A stretch of 56,175 nt of DNA, filler included, from Jimgerdemannia flammicorona (lineage: Eukaryota), in assembly GCA_003990765.1 (NCBI GenBank). It is 3 parts of 3 records of this genome, joined end to end, with 100 filler letters (N's around TTAATTAATTAA, not from the genome) between each part and the next. Parts side by side here need not be neighbours in the genome. Positions count along the whole stretch, not along the records: positions 1 to 18,659 come from RBNJ01002146.1; 2 more parts are not named here. One strand, 5' to 3'. The translations under genes were made by a program, and so were the position numbers. The notes under the pieces were generated by a model, which worked only from the letters and a program-made list of their open reading frames with translations, searched no databases and had not been told where the DNA came from. Numbering within the stretch: the first letter of the stretch is position 1; every line of letters starts with the position of its first letter. Below, in pieces: positions 1 through 11,930 of this stretch.

Positions 1-312
1 GTCATCCTCTCCCCTCCTCTCTGCCTCAGACCTCCCCTCCCTCCGCCGCTGGGGCCCCGGCTAGCCATCGAGGCCCCTGGCATCCCCAAACCATCTCCCC
101 TCCTCCCCACCTGCTGCCAGCCAAAGGCGCCGCCACCCCCCTGGCCAGTATGCTCACCAGATCGATCGTTGCTGTCCATGTTGTTAGTCGTTGGACACCA
201 AAAACGTTGTAGAAAGTATTGTCTGAGTCTTGTGTAACCTGAATGTTACCGGAGAAAGGTGACCATTGGACTTGACAAAGTTATAAGTATAGCTAAGAAC
301 TGAGCCAATTCA

Positions 313-2017
313 ATGCTCATTTTCAAAGATCTAGTCAAGAGACAAGAGCTAGATGTTCTTATAGACAGTGGAGCTGTTGGGAACTTCATCAACAAGAACC
401 TCATCGACAAGCTCAAGATTCTCACCAAACTAGCTAGCAAGAATGGTGGAGTTATCACTGCAGATGGCACTATCTTACCAATTGACTCAATTGCTACTAA
501 ACTTACCCTCAAGATCCAGAAGTACTGAGAATGTTTAGATTTCGAGATAGCACCACTAGGAGACTATGACCTGATCCTAGGTAAACCCTGGCTTACACGA
601 TACAACCCTCAGATTAATTGGACCAAGAATGAAGTCACCCTGATTCAGGATGGAACCAATATTACCATCAAGCCAGACAAGACTCAGACAAGAATCCCAA
701 TTGCTACCCTTTTGGTAATTCAGTTCAAGAAGGCCCTCAAGAAAGCTACCTGTGCCTTTGTAACACTGATCCAATCAAAGAAAGAAAACAAGAAGCTATC
801 AATTAGTGAAAGCATCAAGTTACTACTGAATAAGTACAAGGATGTCTTCCTGGACAAACTATCTGATCTACCACCTTCAAGAGACCATAACCACGAAATC
901 AAGTTGGTATCTAATACAGCTATACCTAAGAAGAAAATGTACTACATATCTCCACTCAAAATTGAAGTAGTTAAGAAGGAGCTCAATGAACTCATTGAGT
1001 AAGGAGCCATTCAGCCAAGCAAGTCACCCTTTGGCTCCCCAGTCCTATTTGTCAAGAAAAAGGATGATACTCTGCAAATGTATATAGACTACTAAGCACT
1101 CAACAAGATCACAGTCAAGAACCATTATCTGCTACTGCTCATAGATCAAATCTTTGATGCTCTCAAAAATGCAAAGTACTTCACCAAGATTGATCTTACC
1201 TCTGGGTATTACCAAATTTGAATCAAGCCAGAAGACATACCCAAGACTGTCTTCATGACACCCTTTAGACTCTATGAATTTCTAGTCATAGCCTTTGGTC
1301 TCACCAATGCACCAGCAACCTTTCAAGATCTCATACAAACTGTCTTCAAGAACCAGCTCTATATCTTTGTACTTGTATATATTGATGACATCCTGATCTT
1401 CAGTAGCACTGAAGAAGAACACCTCAAGTACATTGAACAAGTTCTCAAGATCCTCTGCAAGAATAAGCTCTACACAAAGCTCAAAAAATATGAATTTTTC
1501 AAAAATCAAGTCAAATACCTTAGACATATTATATCAGCCAAAAGAATTCAAGTAGACCCAAGAAAAATACAAGCCATTGAACAGTGGCCTGTACCAGCAA
1601 ACCTCACTGAACTTAGGTCCTTCCTTGGTCTGGTAGGATACTACCATTGATTTGTCAAAAACTTCTCTGGCATTGCAGAATCTTTGACAAACCTCCTGTG
1701 AAAAGAGCTCAACTCTGACCTCTATGTCCCCTATATCTGAGATGTCTTCTGTCAATAAGCTTTTCAAGAACTCAAGAACTGCCTGATCTATGTACCTGTT
1801 TTTAGAAACATAGACCCAAGCTTGAAGTTTATGGTCACTACAGATATATCTAACTTTGCCATTGGTGCAGTCATTTCTCAAGATAATGGTCAAGGACACC
1901 AACCTATTGTCTTTGAGTTAAGAAAATTGTCCCCAGCAGAACAAAAGCTGGCTACTCATGAAAAGGAACTCCTGGCAATCATGCATACTCTCAAGATCTG
2001 ACAACACTACCTAGAAG
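313..2017 (+). mobile_element. Ty3/Gypsy pol pseudogene, 5' part (protease, RT, start of RNase H)
   Basis: Protease VLIDSGAVGNFI (313-528); RT motifs [41 protein letters not shown]; RNase H THEKELLAI..LKI*QHYLE. Many in-frame stops. Confidence 0.93.
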
Positions 2018-2059
2018 TAGTACTCTGTAAACCTGACCTGATTAACCTGAAACCCGACC

Positions 2060-2365
2060 CGTAAAACAGCCAACCCGGAATTAGACGTCACCTGTCTTTA
2101 ACCCAACCTGGAATTATATATCACCCATCTTTAACCCGACCCAGAATTATATATCACACATCTTTAACCCAACCCAGAATTGTATGTCACCTGTCTTTAA
2201 CCCAACCTGGAAAGATACATTACCCATCTTTAACCTGACCTGAAAATGTATGTCACCCAACCCATTATTTACCCTTAACCCAAACCTGAACCCAACCCCT
2301 GAACTCGACCCTGAACCCAACCCCTGAACCTGACCCTGAACCTGACCCTCTGAACTCTACTCTGA
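2060..2365 (+). repeat. Left subterminal tandem array (~33-bp unit AACCCRACCYGGAATTATATRTCACCYRTCTTT, then CCTGAA-type short repeats)
   Basis: About six visible 33-bp units; reverse-complement copies at 7690-7940. Confidence 0.85.
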
Positions 2366-2396
2366 AAAAATGATTCGGAAAATATTTGGATAATAT

Positions 2397-4752
2397 TCAG
2401 AGTAATTGAAAGTGAAAAATATCTGAAGACCACCAAGAATCCAAACACATGCATGCACAAATTGTATTTACATACAAGCTGTTTCGATGTTCAGTCACTA
2501 GCTCACCAGCAATAGAAAAAATATGTTTAGATGGAACAGATGTCACTGAAATAGCAAGATAATCATGAGCCATTCATGAAAGATTAGGATATACCAACTG
2601 ATTTCGCTGCCACCAATCCAGTATATCTATACGAGAATTAGCTGGATTCTCTGACAAATAACTGAAACAGAGAAATATGAGTGAAAATTAACCAAGCCAA
2701 TCAAAAAACATAAAAACAACACCCACCATTCAAGCTCATCATCTACATCGATGTGCTGTTTCTTCTTATATATTGAGTTGATAAAATCATCAGCATCACG
2801 AGATATTGAGGGTATAATGATAGCATTAACAGGCTTATACTCCTTTTCCCAGATATGTTCCATCTGATTCTTCCATTCATTAATTAAGGATTTTTTCCAT
2901 TGTTCATGATGGAAATAACACATGTTGATATGTGGATCTAAGGCCGAAGCTATGCTGTATAATGGTGTCATCTTGCAGTAATACTTTAGAAGTTTCATAC
3001 ATGCATTCTCAGCAGCGGTAAGCATTATCTATAAAAAATAAAAATATACACATATTACTTCCCAATTACTTACTAAATTAGTTCCTAAATTCACAAATAA
3101 AATTACTTTCAAAATCATATATATACCTGATTAAAATGTTCACCAGTTTGATATATATTGATGACATCTTCGAGGTGATCACATAGCCGATTAAATAGTA
3201 GGATAACAGCCACTATTGTAGGATACTTCAAAGCTGACATCACAGTTGTCACTTTGGCAAAAGGCTCGAGAAATTGGCAAATCAATTCAAATTGTTGCCA
3301 TGCATCTTCAGATATATTGCTCATTTGCTTATCTATAGCACACAATATATCCAAGCTCTATTTGGATGTAATATCAATTTATTTAGTACCAAAATACTTC
3401 CGAATTATATTCCAAAATCTATATAAATAGATTCAAAATCTTACCTTATGAATCTCCAGAGCACACGCTAACATTTCATGTATAGAACTCCATCTCATCG
3501 TAACATCTAAGAGAGGCTTCAAAATGGGAATTCCGGAGGATTTACAGACCTTCACCAGTTGTGCTTGTCATTGTGCTGAATTTTTGATCTTCTTTATCAA
3601 CTCCCATAGCTTTCCAATGGGCTCACTAAGAGAACCAAGATTATCATGAATGACGAGATTCAACATATGCCTGAAACAGCATACATGAGTAAGTAGATAA
3701 TGGAGATTCTCAAACAGAGTATCATTGTTACTGGCATTGTCATACATAATAGCAATGATTTGATTGTCACTAGGCAATAAATCATCTATTACCAGCTCCA
3801 GACTTTTCGCAAGATTGGTACCCATGTGTGTTATTTTGCTGATATTCACAAAGTCTAAGATAATGTCATGCATCTTCCAATCACTATCAATCCAATGGGC
3901 TGTTATTCCAAGGAAAGCCTTGATGTTAATGTCCGATATCCAACAATCAAGTATAAGTGACATCTTTGACTTGAGCCCTGCTAGCCTTGCTTTCACTTGA
4001 GTCTGCAATAGTTCGAATTCCTTTCGAATAACTTATGAAATCGTATCAGCCAATGGAAGGGCCAGATCAGAGCATAATATGTGAAGGAGATACTTGAAGC
4101 CAGCATTTTTGATAGTGGAGAATGGCTGATATCCACTGACAATAAAGTTGGCAATTAACCAACAGAAATTTTCATCACTTAAAGTCTTGCTAGTATATTC
4201 CTATTTGTAATAATAAAATTTGATCAATTATTTTTCTAATAACCTCCTAAGTACTTCCTGAATTCCATTCTATTCATATTTACAATATCATCTTTCTTAG
4301 ACCAGCGAGGATTCTCAGCACGCTGGAGAGGTAAGAGCATGGCATTGTGATGCTTCCAGAGATGTTGTTTAAGATTGTTGATATTGCCGTTCTTCAATAT
4401 ATAGCTTCAAGTCATGCAATGGTTGCAACTGATGAGCTTACTTTGTAAATTCTATTTGAATAGAGAGATATGAGACTATATTAGAACCTCAACCACTTAC
4501 AACCAACCACCCACCCTTACAACTGAGACCAATCACCCCTATGAATTCAACCATTAGCACAATGTATAAAACTACCTTTGTGGCATGATTCCACACCCAG
4601 CTATCACTAGGTTTTGTTTTTATTTTTATTCTCATGCTCATTGGTGATAACAAACTGGTGGAGATATCTGATATATCCTCCAATATATTCTCCGATATAT
4701 CATTTGACAGTTCTGAGATTTCTCCTAAATATACTTCTTGATCTTTAGACAT
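2397..4752 (-). pseudogene. hAT transposase (multi-exon, disrupted)
   Basis: N-terminal BED-like SWVWNH..CNHC..LKQHLWKHH; catalytic-region SLILDCW..AFLGITAHWID and YDNASNND..HVCCFRHMLNL; FLEPFAKVT..S..KYPTI; LDP; C-terminal dimerisation YPNLS*MAHDYLAISVTSVPSKHIFS. Confidence 0.9.
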
Positions 4753-5077
4753 TTTGAATATTTAATGATGGCAGAGACTAGGAGCTTGAGTGGGAGGCCA
4801 AGAGCTGGAAAGTGGCTAGGAAGTGGTGAGCTAGGGAGTGGCAAACTGGGAAACAAGCTGTGGGGGCAGTGAACTAGGGGGCAGGGAGTTGTGGAGAGGC
4901 AGCGAGTGGCGGAAAAAGCCAGGAACTGTGGGGGGCAGTGAGAGAGAGAGCAGCAAGGTGGTGTGCAATAGCCAGTGATTGATTGTGGACAGAGGATGGA
5001 TGAATAAATACACATGGGTAGTGAACTGGTACCCATTACACAACTACAAACAGCAAACAGCAAACATACTTTAGAGA

Positions 5078-5699
5078 TTCAGCGTGTTCTGTATTGAGCA
5101 AGGTTTGCAATGACATTTGAGTGAGATTTGTAGTACATTTGAGTGAGATTTGCAGTGAGGTTCGAGCAAGATTTGTAAGTGAGATTTGCAAGTAAGATTT
5201 GTACGTAAGATTAAAGTGAGATTTGCATAAGCCAGGCTTTGCAAGCCTTGCGCTTGTAAGCCTGAATAAGCTCAGTCACAAGCTGATATGACATATATAT
5301 AAGCTGATATCATATGATATCAGCTATCAGCTGAGCTTGCAAGTGCAAGGCTTGCAAATCTTGCTCGAACCTCACTGCAAATCTTGCTCAAACACACCAC
5401 AAACCTCGCTCAAACATCATTGCAAATCTTGCTCAATTGGGGCTTACGCAGAACCTGCTGAATTACATAGAGAGGAGTGGAACGCAGTGAGGAAAGCTCC
5501 AGATTGCAAGCATAAGCATAAGCATAAGCATAAGCATAAGCATAAGTATAAGCTTTGCTCCGCTCAGTCTGACAAGCTGATAATAAGCTGATATCACATG
5601 ATATCAGCTATCAGCTGAGTGGAGCAAAGCTTGCACTTGCACTTACACTTACGCTTATGCTTGCAATCCGGAGCTTTCCTCACTGCATTCCACTCCTCT
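5078..5699. repeat. Two adjacent long inverted repeats (hairpins ~5078-5462 and ~5471-5699) sharing a core motif
   Basis: GATTTGCAGTGAGGTTCGAGCAAGATTTG pairs with CAAATCTTGCTCGAACCTCACTGCAAATC; GAGGAAAGCTCCAGATTGCAAGCATAAGC pairs with GCTTATGCTTGCAATCCGGAGCTTTCCTC. Both loops contain AGCTGATATCAYATGATATCAGCTATCAGCTGAG. Confidence 0.85.
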
Positions 5700-6082
5700 T
5701 GTATTCCACTCCTCTTGCATTCCACTCCTCTTGTACAACCCTCATGTATTCCTCCACCTCCCTCACTCTCATTCCTTAGATTGCAAACAACATATAATTT
5801 AGAAATGGGTTTCGAAAGAGATTTTGAAGAGATTCCGAAAGAGATTTCGAAGAGATTTGGAAAGAGCTTCTGAAAGAGATTTCGGAGAGACTTCTGAAAG
5901 ATGTTATAGCTTTTGAACATTTAAGATATTGAAAGCTTACTTTTGCCTCTTGTTCTTTTCACCTCATCCTTCGCTTTGTCTTGTCCTTTGCTTCGCCTCG
6001 TCCTTTACTTCGCCTTGTCCTTTGCTTCGCCTCATCCTTTACTTCACCTCATCCTTTGCTTTGCCTCACTTAATTCACCACT

Positions 6083-7482
6083 ATGTTGAGAAAACGTGGA
6101 TATGACCACCCGGCCAATAAGTATTTACTTGGCCCCCCCCAAGCTCGATGCGCTTCAGCTCGCCATCTCAAAGCTCAGTGCCCTAAAGATGCCCAGCTTG
6201 CCGACACCCAGCCTGCCGAGCTTGCCGACACCCAGCCTGCTGAGCTTGCCGACACCCAGTCTGCCGAGCTTGCCAACACCCAGGTTGCCGAGCTTGCCGA
6301 CTCCCAGCTCACTGACCCTCAGCTCCCCAATCTCCAGCTTGACTGTCAGCTCGCTGCCAGTCTGCAAGCACAAGGTCCCCCACCAGATCCCAATAATGCA
6401 GCTCGAAAAAGTTAGTTTTTTTTTTTTTTTTCTTTTTAAATCAATGTCTGAATTTTTTTCCTAATAACATTCGAAATATACATATCCTCCAGCTTCTAAG
6501 CCTGGGCTGGAGTGCAAATCTTGCTACAATTGCCATTTTTGCCATCAAGTTTGCCCAAATACCACCTAGAAGCATTGCCAAATCAATTTCCCAGATGCCC
6601 CAAACCTCATGGAGAAAAGGCCTTACAAATTGGACATTAGGCGTGCTTTTGCTGTAGCCAACAAATGTATTAAGAAAGTACATGATGACCAACTGAGGCA
6701 AGAAGTCATAAGAGCGATAGAAAACCATGCAAAAATTGTGAAATGTTCATCATACCATACCGGCTTCAAGGTGAATGCCAAAGCATAAAACAAGCGAGGT
6801 TGTCCAGATGGAATTGTTGTCATAGATGAACACGAAAAACTGCTGGCCATATTTGAACAAGTACTGGTGAAGAACGACAAAATGCTTTATACGCGACTGA
6901 TAGATGGCAGGCTTGTGCATTTTGTTGAGGGGGGTGGTGGTGGAGGAGATGGAGAGGTGGGAGAGGTCGGTGCTGGTGGAGGAGTCGGCACCAGTGGAGA
7001 GGTTGGTAGAGAGGTTGACATGGGGGTGGTCAGCGTGGGGGAGGTCAGCATGGGGGAGGTCGGTGCGGGGGAGGTTGGTGCAGGGGAGGTCAGCACAGAG
7101 GAGGTTGGTGTAGAGGAGATCAGTGCAGAGGAATATGGAGGTCGGCGCAGGGGAGGTCAGCATGGAGGAACATGGGGAGGTCGGCACGGGGGAGGTTGGC
7201 ATGGAGGAACATGGGGAGGTCAGTGTGGAGGAACATGGGGAGGTTGGCATGGAGGAATATGGGGAGGTCGGCATGGAGGAATACAGAGAGATCAGTGCAG
7301 AGGACAAAATGGAGGTTGGCACAGAGGAGGTCAGCCCAGAGGAGAATATGGAGGAGGAGGATATAGAGGAAAGTGGTTCAGAATGTATGGAGGAAGATGG
7401 TTCGGAATATGAGAAGGAGGAGGATCAGTTGGTTTATAGTGATGAAGAGGAGGATCAGTTGGTTTATAGCGATGAAGAGTAA
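6083..7482 (+). pseudogene. Second (accessory) gene of the hAT element: Cys-rich domain plus Glu/Gly-rich repeat tail
   Basis: Exon 1 6083-6410, GT..AG intron 6411-6492, exon 2 splices in frame (AARK-T-SKPGLECKSCYNCHFCHQVC...). Two internal stops and a 2-nt deletion near 7140 relative to the MEEHGEVG repeat. Ends DQLVYSDEE* at 7482. Confidence 0.6.
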
Positions 7483-7689
7483 GATTTGTTTATACTGGTA
7501 AGTTCTTTATTTTTCTGATTTACTTCCTATTTATTTTCAATTTCATTTTGATTTTTGATTCCTAATTATGTTTCTGTTTGTTTATTCTAAATATATATCT
7601 TAGATGTGCAATATATTTTTTTTGGTGCCTTGTAGCTTAAAGGTGAATTAAAGACAGGTCTGTGTTGGGTTAAATACAGGTCAGGGTTG

Positions 7690-7940
7690 GGTCACGTATA
7701 TTTCTTGGATTGGGTTAAAGACGGGTGACGTACATTTCTAGGTCGGATTAAAGATGAGTGACATATAATTCCGAGTCGGGTTAAAGACAGGTGACGTATT
7801 ATTCCAGATTGGGTTAAAGATGGGTGATGTATTATTCCAGATTGGGTTAATGACAGGTGACATATAATTCCAGGTCGGGTTAAAGACAGGTGATGTATAA
7901 TTCCAGGTTGGGTTAAATATGTACATGGGTTGGCTTGGGT
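7690..7940 (-). repeat. Right subterminal 33-bp tandem array (inverted relative to 2060-2270)
   Basis: Repeated GGGTTAAAGAYRGGTGAYRTATWATTCCRG units. Confidence 0.85.
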
Positions 7941-7952
7941 TGTGATGCACTA

Positions 7953-8140
7953 CCTAGAAGGAGTTGAGTTTGATATAATCACCAATCACAGGTCTCTTTA
8001 GTACATCAATACTCAACCAACTCTTTCTTGCCAACAAGCCAAGTGGAGTCAACTACTTCAGACCTTTACCCCAAACATCATCTATAAGCCTGGCAAAACT
8101 CTAGTTGTACCAGATATACTTTCAAGGAGACCTGACCTTA
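7953..8140 (+). mobile_element. Continuation of Gypsy RNase H
   Basis: LEGVEFDIITNHRSL*YINTQPTLSCQQAKWSQLLQTF..IIYKPGKTLVVPDILSRRPD. Confidence 0.85.
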
Positions 8141-10826
8141 GTAGGCTTATAAACTTTGGAAAGAGCATAGAAAACTGAGAGATAAATATCTAATAAGAAC
8201 AAAGAGTTCTGAAAGAAGTGAAAAATAGATGTTATAAACAGAGAATCTAAAAATAAAGAGATATGAGCCAAACTAACCTAGAGAAGAGAGAACCTGATCT
8301 ATATAGCTCATAAGCTATAGCATAGAGGAGGGCAGAAAGACCATCAAGGTAGAGTAAATGAGGAAAAAGGATAAAATCTTAATTCTTATCAGTAACTATA
8401 AGTAAGTATAAAGATAATTACTTGACTAATTTAAGTATAGTATATGTGATATAGTCTGAAATTAAACAAGAGTAAGTATATCCAAAAGTAGATAGTGAGT
8501 AAGCTATATTGAGAAATATGTGGTTTGAAGAGATATTGATAAAGAAGACTCAATTGCTAGAAATGAAATAGTGAGAGACAATCTTCAAAGAAGATAGCAA
8601 GATTAAGAATATAATAAAAATATATCAAGTGAGCTAAATCAATAAGAAAAATTGAGAATAAGTTACTAGAAAGATGAAGTGAGGACTTAAAGAAAGAGTG
8701 AAGGAGAAAAGAGGAGAAAAGAGACAGTTAGCCTAAGAGAAAGGAGTAGATAAAAGAGCTCCAGAAAAGAATAAACTCAAAAATTTAAGACAAATAACTG
8801 GAAAAGATAAAAGAGGAATAATATAAAAAATCATTCAGAATATACTAAAAGTAATAACAGGATCCAAGAAGAGATAGGAATATCAAAAGAGAACTAAGCT
8901 GGAGAGAAGTTTAAGAGTAAGAAAACTTCTCTTTTTCTTAGACTTTTTTTTGAAGGAGACAAGATATCTAAGCAGAAGCAGACTCTGTTAGAATGTCAGA
9001 CCTTATGGCAACAGGCCTTAGTATAGATCTTATACTTGGGGACATAAGGAGAACAAGACTTAGAAGAGGCAGAAGATACTGAAAAGAGAGAATAAGAGTA
9101 GAAGGGAGTCTTAGAGAAAATAGAGGGGATGATAGGATGAGGAAGATCACCATATGGATAGTACAACTTAGTAGAGTACTAGTAAGTATAGTGGAGGTAG
9201 TTGATGTAAATAGAATAAGACCATATACCAGAGAATGGATACTTAGAGTATAGCTATATTTAGAGATAGTAGAGGTCTTAATAGAGAGAGAAAAGGAGTA
9301 GGAGGAGGACAAAGAAGCTTTAGAGGGGGTGGGAGACTTAGTACTCTTGATAGCTGTAGTAGTAATGAGATATAAACTTTCTTGTAAGTAGCAGTACAAG
9401 CCTTAGACTAAATAGTCTTAGAGATTAAGACCTCAGGAATAGCTGGAGAAGAGATAGTAGAGGTAGTACAGATAGCAGTAATAGTATACAAGACCTCAGC
9501 TTCATGAAGACAAGAGAGAAAGGAGTAGCTATTAAGAAGGAAATAGTGAACAGCATTGATATCAGTAGTAGCAGAGGAGATCTCATCAGTAAAGAGGTCA
9601 TAGAAGAGGATAGTATTGAAGAGATGGAAGACAGTAAGAGCCACAAAGGCAGTCCAGACTTGACAGAATTGGGTGGAGATAGCAGAGACTATATCATGTA
9701 TAGTATTAATAGTAGTAAGCTTAGAGTAGTAGAGATAATTCAGACCTTCTCAGAAAAGGCCTGATGATGTATCTTAAAGAAGACAGAGTAGCAAATAGTA
9801 GGTAAGGCTATAGTATCAATCTTACAGTAAAGGTAAGCCTCCTTGGAGGAAAGAGTGAGAGCTAAGCAAAACTGTATGAGTAGAGGATGGCCAGATGATC
9901 AAAGATTGAGAAGAAGGAAATAAATAACTGACAATATATAGATATCAAAAGAGATATTGTTAGAAGAGAAATAGGAGAGAAGGAGAGGAGAAATGATATC
10001 CTTATCTATAACTACACAAGTGGCAGAAGTTCTAATAATAGATAGTATAACAGAAAAAGAAGAGGGCATATTGGAAGCTATGAGAAGAGATAGATCAGAA
10101 AGTCCAGAGGTAAAGTCTGAGTCAAAGGTAAAGCAGAGGTTAGGGAGATAAGATATAAGAAAGATAGGAGAGAAAGAACAGAACAAAGAACTAAGCAGAA
10201 ATTATATTAGTTCTTATATATTAAATATAAAGTCTCAAAAACCACAACATAAAGTCAACTATATTAGGAACCAAATGTTATACAAGATTATATAAGAAGT
10301 CAATTTTAGAGGAAGAATAAAAAACAAAACAAAACAAATCCAAATCAAGATTAAAAAACATCTGCAGACCCCAGAGAGATGAGCAAGAGTGAGGAGTAGA
10401 GGTTAAGCAAAATAAGCCACAGTAAGTCTGAGGTAAAGCCAAGAGGCTGAAGATAGTAGAAAAGAGCAAAGTAAAGACCAAATACTCTAGAGTAAATGTG
10501 AGACTCCAGAGAGAGCTAGGATATTTTTTAATCTTAATTTGAATTTGTTTATTTTGTTTTTTATTCTTTCTCTGAGATTAACTTCTTATATAATCTTATA
10601 TAACATTTGGTTCCTAATATAGTTAACTCTATATTATAGTATATTATTCCTTTTTAGGACTTTATATTTTGTATATAAGGACTATATTTTCATAATAATA
10701 TACAGCTGATACAATTTTTACTTAGTTTTTTATTCTGTCCTTTTCTCTCCTATCTTTCTTATATCTCAGCTCCTCAATCTCTACTTTAACTTTAGCTCAG
10801 ACTTTATCTCTGGACCTTCTTTCTAC
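8141..10826 (-). mobile_element. Old, heavily mutated copy of the Penelope-like element (partial RT, ORF1, IR-loop-IR, ~300-bp inverted arm)
   Basis: Colinear with 13143-15220, e.g. AGTAGGCTTATAAACTTTGGAAAGAGCATAGAAAAC vs AGTAGGCTTGTGAACTTTAGGAAGAGCATAGAAAAC. IRs at 10349-10363 and 10519-10533; 10534-10826 is the reverse complement of ~10090-10348. Confidence 0.85.
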
Positions 10827-11060
10827 TAGTATTCCAAATAAGTTGATTTGAATTAAATTTAGATTCAATTTATCATATAATAATTTGATCTGAATCACTT
10901 TATCTAAATTACTCCATCTGAATCACTCTATCTGAATTACTCAATCCAAACTACTCAATCTGAATTACTCAATCTGAATTACTTAATCCAAATTACTTAA
11001 TCCAAATTACTCAATCTGAATCCTTCAATCCAAATTCTCTAATTCAAATTCTCTACATGA
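10827..11060. mobile_element. Terminus of a TAGTA-ended DNA element with a 14-bp TACTCAATCTGAAT tandem array
   Basis: Starts TAGTATTCCAAATAAGTTGA, similar to the MITE termini at 23049 and 24325; tandem 14-mers ~10885-11050. No partner end found. Confidence 0.5.
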
Positions 11061-11424
11061 CTCATATATTAGATATATCTACATATATAATATATATAAT
11101 AAATATATATATATACAAATATATATATATATAAATATATATATATCAATATGTAAATACATTATAATGGTGACCTCAGAATGATGACATCAGTACAAGA
11201 GACAGCCTTTCCTTGTAAGCCATCAGATTAGAATATAAGAAGATTATATACATAGTATGACTCAGACTATGAGATAAGTAATGATGACCAACTGTGAGTC
11301 ATTGTGACCACCATTCAGACATCTTGAGAAATATAAAAGAAGGATCAAGAAACCACAATAGCAGCAACTCAATAAGACCCACCAATCCCAAAATAGCTCA
11401 AAGACTTACCATAAATAAAATACC

Positions 11425-11930
11425 TGCAGAGGAGGAAGAAGGCCCAGCAGGAGCCAAGGGAGCGAACCCAGAGCCAGTGTCAAAGTGAACGGAAGACATG
11501 TGGAAGAGCGTGTATAAGGGGGACGAATAAAGAACATAACCGAAAATGCATCAGCCGTTTATTGCTACATAAAAACGCGGTCCTTATATACAAAATACAA
11601 CGTCCCAAAAGGGAGGATGCGCCACAACTCGGAGCAAACTGAATTAGGAACCACATGACCACCGGAGATAGGCGGAGATAAAGGGGGAGCCAATCCCAGT
11701 TGCAGGATAAAAATCACAAACAAACACAAACAAAACAAATCCAAATTGAGATTAAAAAACATCCGCAGACCCCAGAGGGGTGAGCGTGAGCGAGGGGTGA
11801 GGCCAAAACAGAGCAAACTGCAGCAAGCCTGAGTGAAGCGAGGGGCCGAAGGCAGCGGAGGGGAGTGGAGTAAGGCCGAGACCCTGGAGCGAGCACAAGA
11901 CCCCGGAGGGGGTAAGGATGTTTTTTAATC
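11425..11930 (-). repeat. Pseudo-LTR / partial tandem copy of the Penelope-like element (IR-loop-IR, 5' UTR, start of ORF1)
   Basis: 11425-11764 repeats ~14882-15220; loop 11765-11915 is the reverse complement of 15221-15371; follows the RT end directly on the minus strand. Confidence 0.88.

Larger units (their letters stand above)
2018..7952. mobile_element. hAT-superfamily DNA transposon inserted into Gypsy RNase H
   Basis: 8-bp TSD CCTAGAAG at 2010-2017 and 7953-7960. Termini TAGTAC.../...GCACTA. Removing the insert restores RNase H 'KI*QHYLEGVEFDIITNHRSL'. Contains a hAT transposase and inverted subterminal arrays. Confidence 0.92.

Noticed and set aside
1..245. C-rich leader upstream of the Gypsy protease
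   Set aside because: Cut by the window edge; no recognisable gag, LTR or gene motif.
2005..2022. CACTA-superfamily assignment or a 13-bp TSD (CACTACCTAGAAG at both ends)
   Set aside because: CACTA is at the element's right end rather than its start; the transposase is hAT-type, and an 8-bp TSD with TAGT../..ACTA termini restores the host reading frame.
2060..2270. Regularly spaced ~33-bp repeats resembling a CRISPR array
   Set aside because: Units are contiguous with no unique spacers, are mirrored at the other end of the hAT element, and there are no cas genes in this eukaryotic context.
6750..7366. Pro/Ser/Thr-rich and Gly/Trp-rich ORFs in alternative frames
   Set aside because: Shadow frames of the acidic tandem repeat in the hAT accessory gene.
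11160..11424. Possible LTR fragment (TATAAAAG, AATAAA)
   Set aside because: No second copy, TG..CA boundaries or PPT visible in the window.
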